Below, one piece after another: positions 61,956 through 64,000 of a stretch of DNA of 64,000 nt. Location: contig CAWKDB010000010.1 in NCBI GenBank assembly GCA_963848295.1, forward strand, positions 1,696,001 to 1,760,000, written 5' to 3'. Every line of letters starts with the position of its first letter. The first letter of the stretch is position 1. Origin of the DNA: an uncultured delta proteobacterium. Lineage in GTDB: Bacteria; Myxococcota_A; Polyangia; Haliangiales; Haliangiaceae. Below the pieces are notes generated by a model that had not been told where the DNA came from, did no database searches, and was given only the letters and a program-made list of their open reading frames with translations. A program made the translations under genes and the position numbers.

Positions 61956-64000
61956 CTACGGCTTGACCAACACGCGGCCCGAGCGCGCCGGCACGCTGAC
62001 GTCGACGGTGCCGTCGGCCTGCACGGTGAACGTCTTGCCATCGCTGCCCGGCATCACATCTTGGAGCACGGTGCCGACCGGCAGCGACGTCTTCAGGCAG
62101 CCGCCCGATTGCGCGCAGCTCTCGCTCGTCTGGTCGCTCGAGTTCAACACGACGAGCACGGTCTCGTTTGCGGTCGAGCGCTCGAACGCGAAGATCCCGG
62201 CGTCGCGCGCCGCACCCGCGACGGTCGTCGACCACACCGGAGCCACCGTGCCCCGGCGCAGCGCTTCGTGGTCCTTGCGCATCTGGATCAGCGCCTTCGC
62301 CATCTGGAACGTATCGTTCGTCGTGTCGAACCCGGGATAGCCCGCGTCCTCGTTGCCGCGCCACATGTCCTCGCGGTTCGCCGGATCGACGCCGCCATGG
62401 AACAGCTGCTCGGTGCCGTAATACATGCACGGGATCCCGTCCCACGTGTAGATGTACATCAGCGCGACGCGCAGATCGTTCGGATCGGTCTTGTCGAACA
62501 TGAACCGCGCGACGTCGTGGTTGTCGAGGAAGCTGACGAGCAGTTGCTGCGGAGCCAACCCGACGCCGCCATCCGCGGATGAGGCCATCGCGGTGTCGCC
62601 GAAATCCGGCCCGGGCGAATAGCCATTCGCGTTGCAGAACGGGTCGGTCGGGTTGCGCCCCGTCCGCGAGTTGTACAAGCACTCGAGGTGCTTGGTAGGC
62701 GGCGCGGTGCCGCTCGTATCGCCGAACACCGTCGTGATGCCTTCGTAGTACTGCGGGAAGTTGAACATCGAGTCGAACCGACCGAAGGTTCCCTGCGCGT
62801 CCGTCCCGGGCCAGGTGTAACTGCCGATCAGCGGGTCGTTACCGTCGAAGCCCTCGCCGAAGATGAAGAAGTTCTGCTTGCCGAGCGCCTTGGCCTTCGC
62901 GCGCATCGCATCGTCGAAGTTGCCCCAGAACCCGCGCAGGTTGCGATTCACCTCGGGCCGATCGATGTGCTTCACGGTATCGATGCGGAAGCCGTCGAAG
63001 TCGCCGACCTCGATCCAGTACTGGAAGGACTGGATCAAGGCCGCCTGGACGTCGGGATTGTCGGTGTCGAGATCCTTGAGCCCACCCGGGAAGTCGCCGG
63101 TGGTCTCTTGCTCCCGCACGAAGTCGGTCGAGTAGTCCTGCTGGTGCCACCAGACGTAGACCCGACCCTTGCGGTGGAACCAGCTCGGATCGTCGAACCA
63201 CGACTTGTCGGACGGCCAGCCGAACCAGTCCGGCGGGCGCGGCGGCTTCGTGCGATTCAGATCCGGCCAATCGGGAAAGATGATCGGCGCCGGGCCGTAG
63301 AAGCCGAGCGACGTCCACCCCTGCACGCCGCGATCGTCGTAGTCGGGATCCCACTCGAGGATCTGCTCGAGCTGGGTGCCGCCTTCCTGGCAGTAGGTGA
63401 GCTCGTCGGTCGTGCACAACGCCGGCGTCGGCGCGCAGATCTGCAAGCAACTGTGGCTGTAGCCACCACCGGAGATCGTGTCGTCGGGCTGCCCGTTGCC
63501 GTTGATGTCGTAATAGAATAGCTGGCCCATGTGGTTCGTGACCACATCGAGGATGACGAGCATGCCGCGGGCGTGCGCCTTGTCGACCATCTCGCGCAGC
63601 TTGTCGAGGTCGCCGAAGTGAGCGTTCGGGCGCAGGAAGTCCTGCGTCCAGTAACCGTGATAGCTGTCGAACCCGGCGTCGGACTCGACGTTCTTGACGA
63701 CCGGCGAGATCCACAGCGCGGTGACGCCGAGGTCCTGCAGATAATCGAGCTGATCGATCACGCCCTGCCAGTCGCCGCCGTGGAAGTGACCGGGGACCGA
63801 CGGGTCGACGTTGATATCGTTGTTCTCATCGCCGTTCGAGAACCGGTCGATCATGATCTGATAGATCATCTGATCGCGCCAATCGATGTCGGCGTTGGCC
63901 TGGTGAGGCTCGTCGGCGGGATGCTCGAAGTCCGACGCGCCGCCGCAGCTCGCGACCGCGGTGAGGATCGCAGCAGTCAGGAGCGCGGTACGGCTGGCGG
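61956..64000 (-). CDS. GH13 alpha-amylase-family lipoprotein; start lies just outside the window
   Basis: Lipobox VASC, IYQIMIDRF.NGD, YHGYW, DVVTNH, catalytic GFRIDTVKH, FGE and FLDNHD, YYGTEQ. Confidence 0.95.
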   Translation of the reverse strand, partial: ASRTALLTAAILTAVASCGGASDFEHPADEPHQANADIDWRDQMIYQIMIDRFSNGDENNDINVDPSVPGHFHGGDWQGVIDQLDYLQDLGVTALWISPVVKNVESDAGFDSYHGYWTQDFLRPNAHFGDLDKLREMVDKAHARGMLVILDVVTNHMGQLFYYDINGNGQPDDTISGGGYSHSCLQICAPTPALCTTDELTYCQEGGTQLEQILEWDPDYDDRGVQGWTSLGFYGPAPIIFPDWPDLNRTKPPRPPDWFGWPSDKSWFDDPSWFHRKGRVYVWWHQQDYSTDFVREQETTGDFPGGLKDLDTDNPDVQAALIQSFQYWIEVGDFDGFRIDTVKHIDRPEVNRNLRGFWGNFDDAMRAKAKALGKQNFFIFGEGFDGNDPLIGSYTWPGTDAQGTFGRFDSMFNFPQYYEGITTVFGDTSGTAPPTKHLECLYNSRTGRNPTDPFCNANGYSPGPDFGDTAMASSADGGVGLAPQQLLVSFLDNHDVARFMFDKTDPNDLRVALMYIYTWDGIPCMYYGTEQLFHGGVDPANREDMWRGNEDAGYPGFDTTNDTFQMAKALIQMRKDHEALRRGTVAPVWSTTVAGAARDAGIFAFERSTANETVLVVLNSSDQTSESCAQSGGCLKTSLPVGTVLQDVMPGSDGKTFTVQADGTVDVSVPARSGRVLVKP

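Overview
High-GC bacterial genomic DNA, densely coding (about 63 genes). MYXO-CTERM-like tails, many Cys-rich lipoproteins, a Hanks-type kinase and a DUF3731-type Hsp70 suggest Myxococcota, possibly Haliangiales/Kofleriaceae-like (inference). I found no rRNA, tRNA, CRISPR array, integrase or transposase. Recognisable content: a split phosphate locus (porin-phoB-phoR-phoU, an inserted block of secreted-protein genes, then pstSCAB) with 11-bp-period PHO-box-like repeats; housekeeping enzymes (ggt, pepP, yhbY, glutathionyl-hydroquinone reductase, GAF/fRMsr, a frameshifted thiolase, acyl-CoA dehydrogenase, M3 peptidase, MiaE-like protein, GH13 amylase); and AraC and ArsR modules with visible operators. 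The least explained parts are (i) the 2.8-12.8 kb signalling region, with an SPFH pair co-transcribed with a membrane sensor carrying a degenerate SpoIIE domain, and a PP2C phosphatase operon built from repeated helical, possibly globin-like modules, flanked by PilZ-receiver and double-receiver genes; (ii) a dispersed family of modular Cys-rich lipoproteins; and (iii) two paralogous secreted proteins with a shared Cys/Trp domain inside the Pho locus. Start codons were refined by eye and all family calls come from motif recognition, not from database searches.
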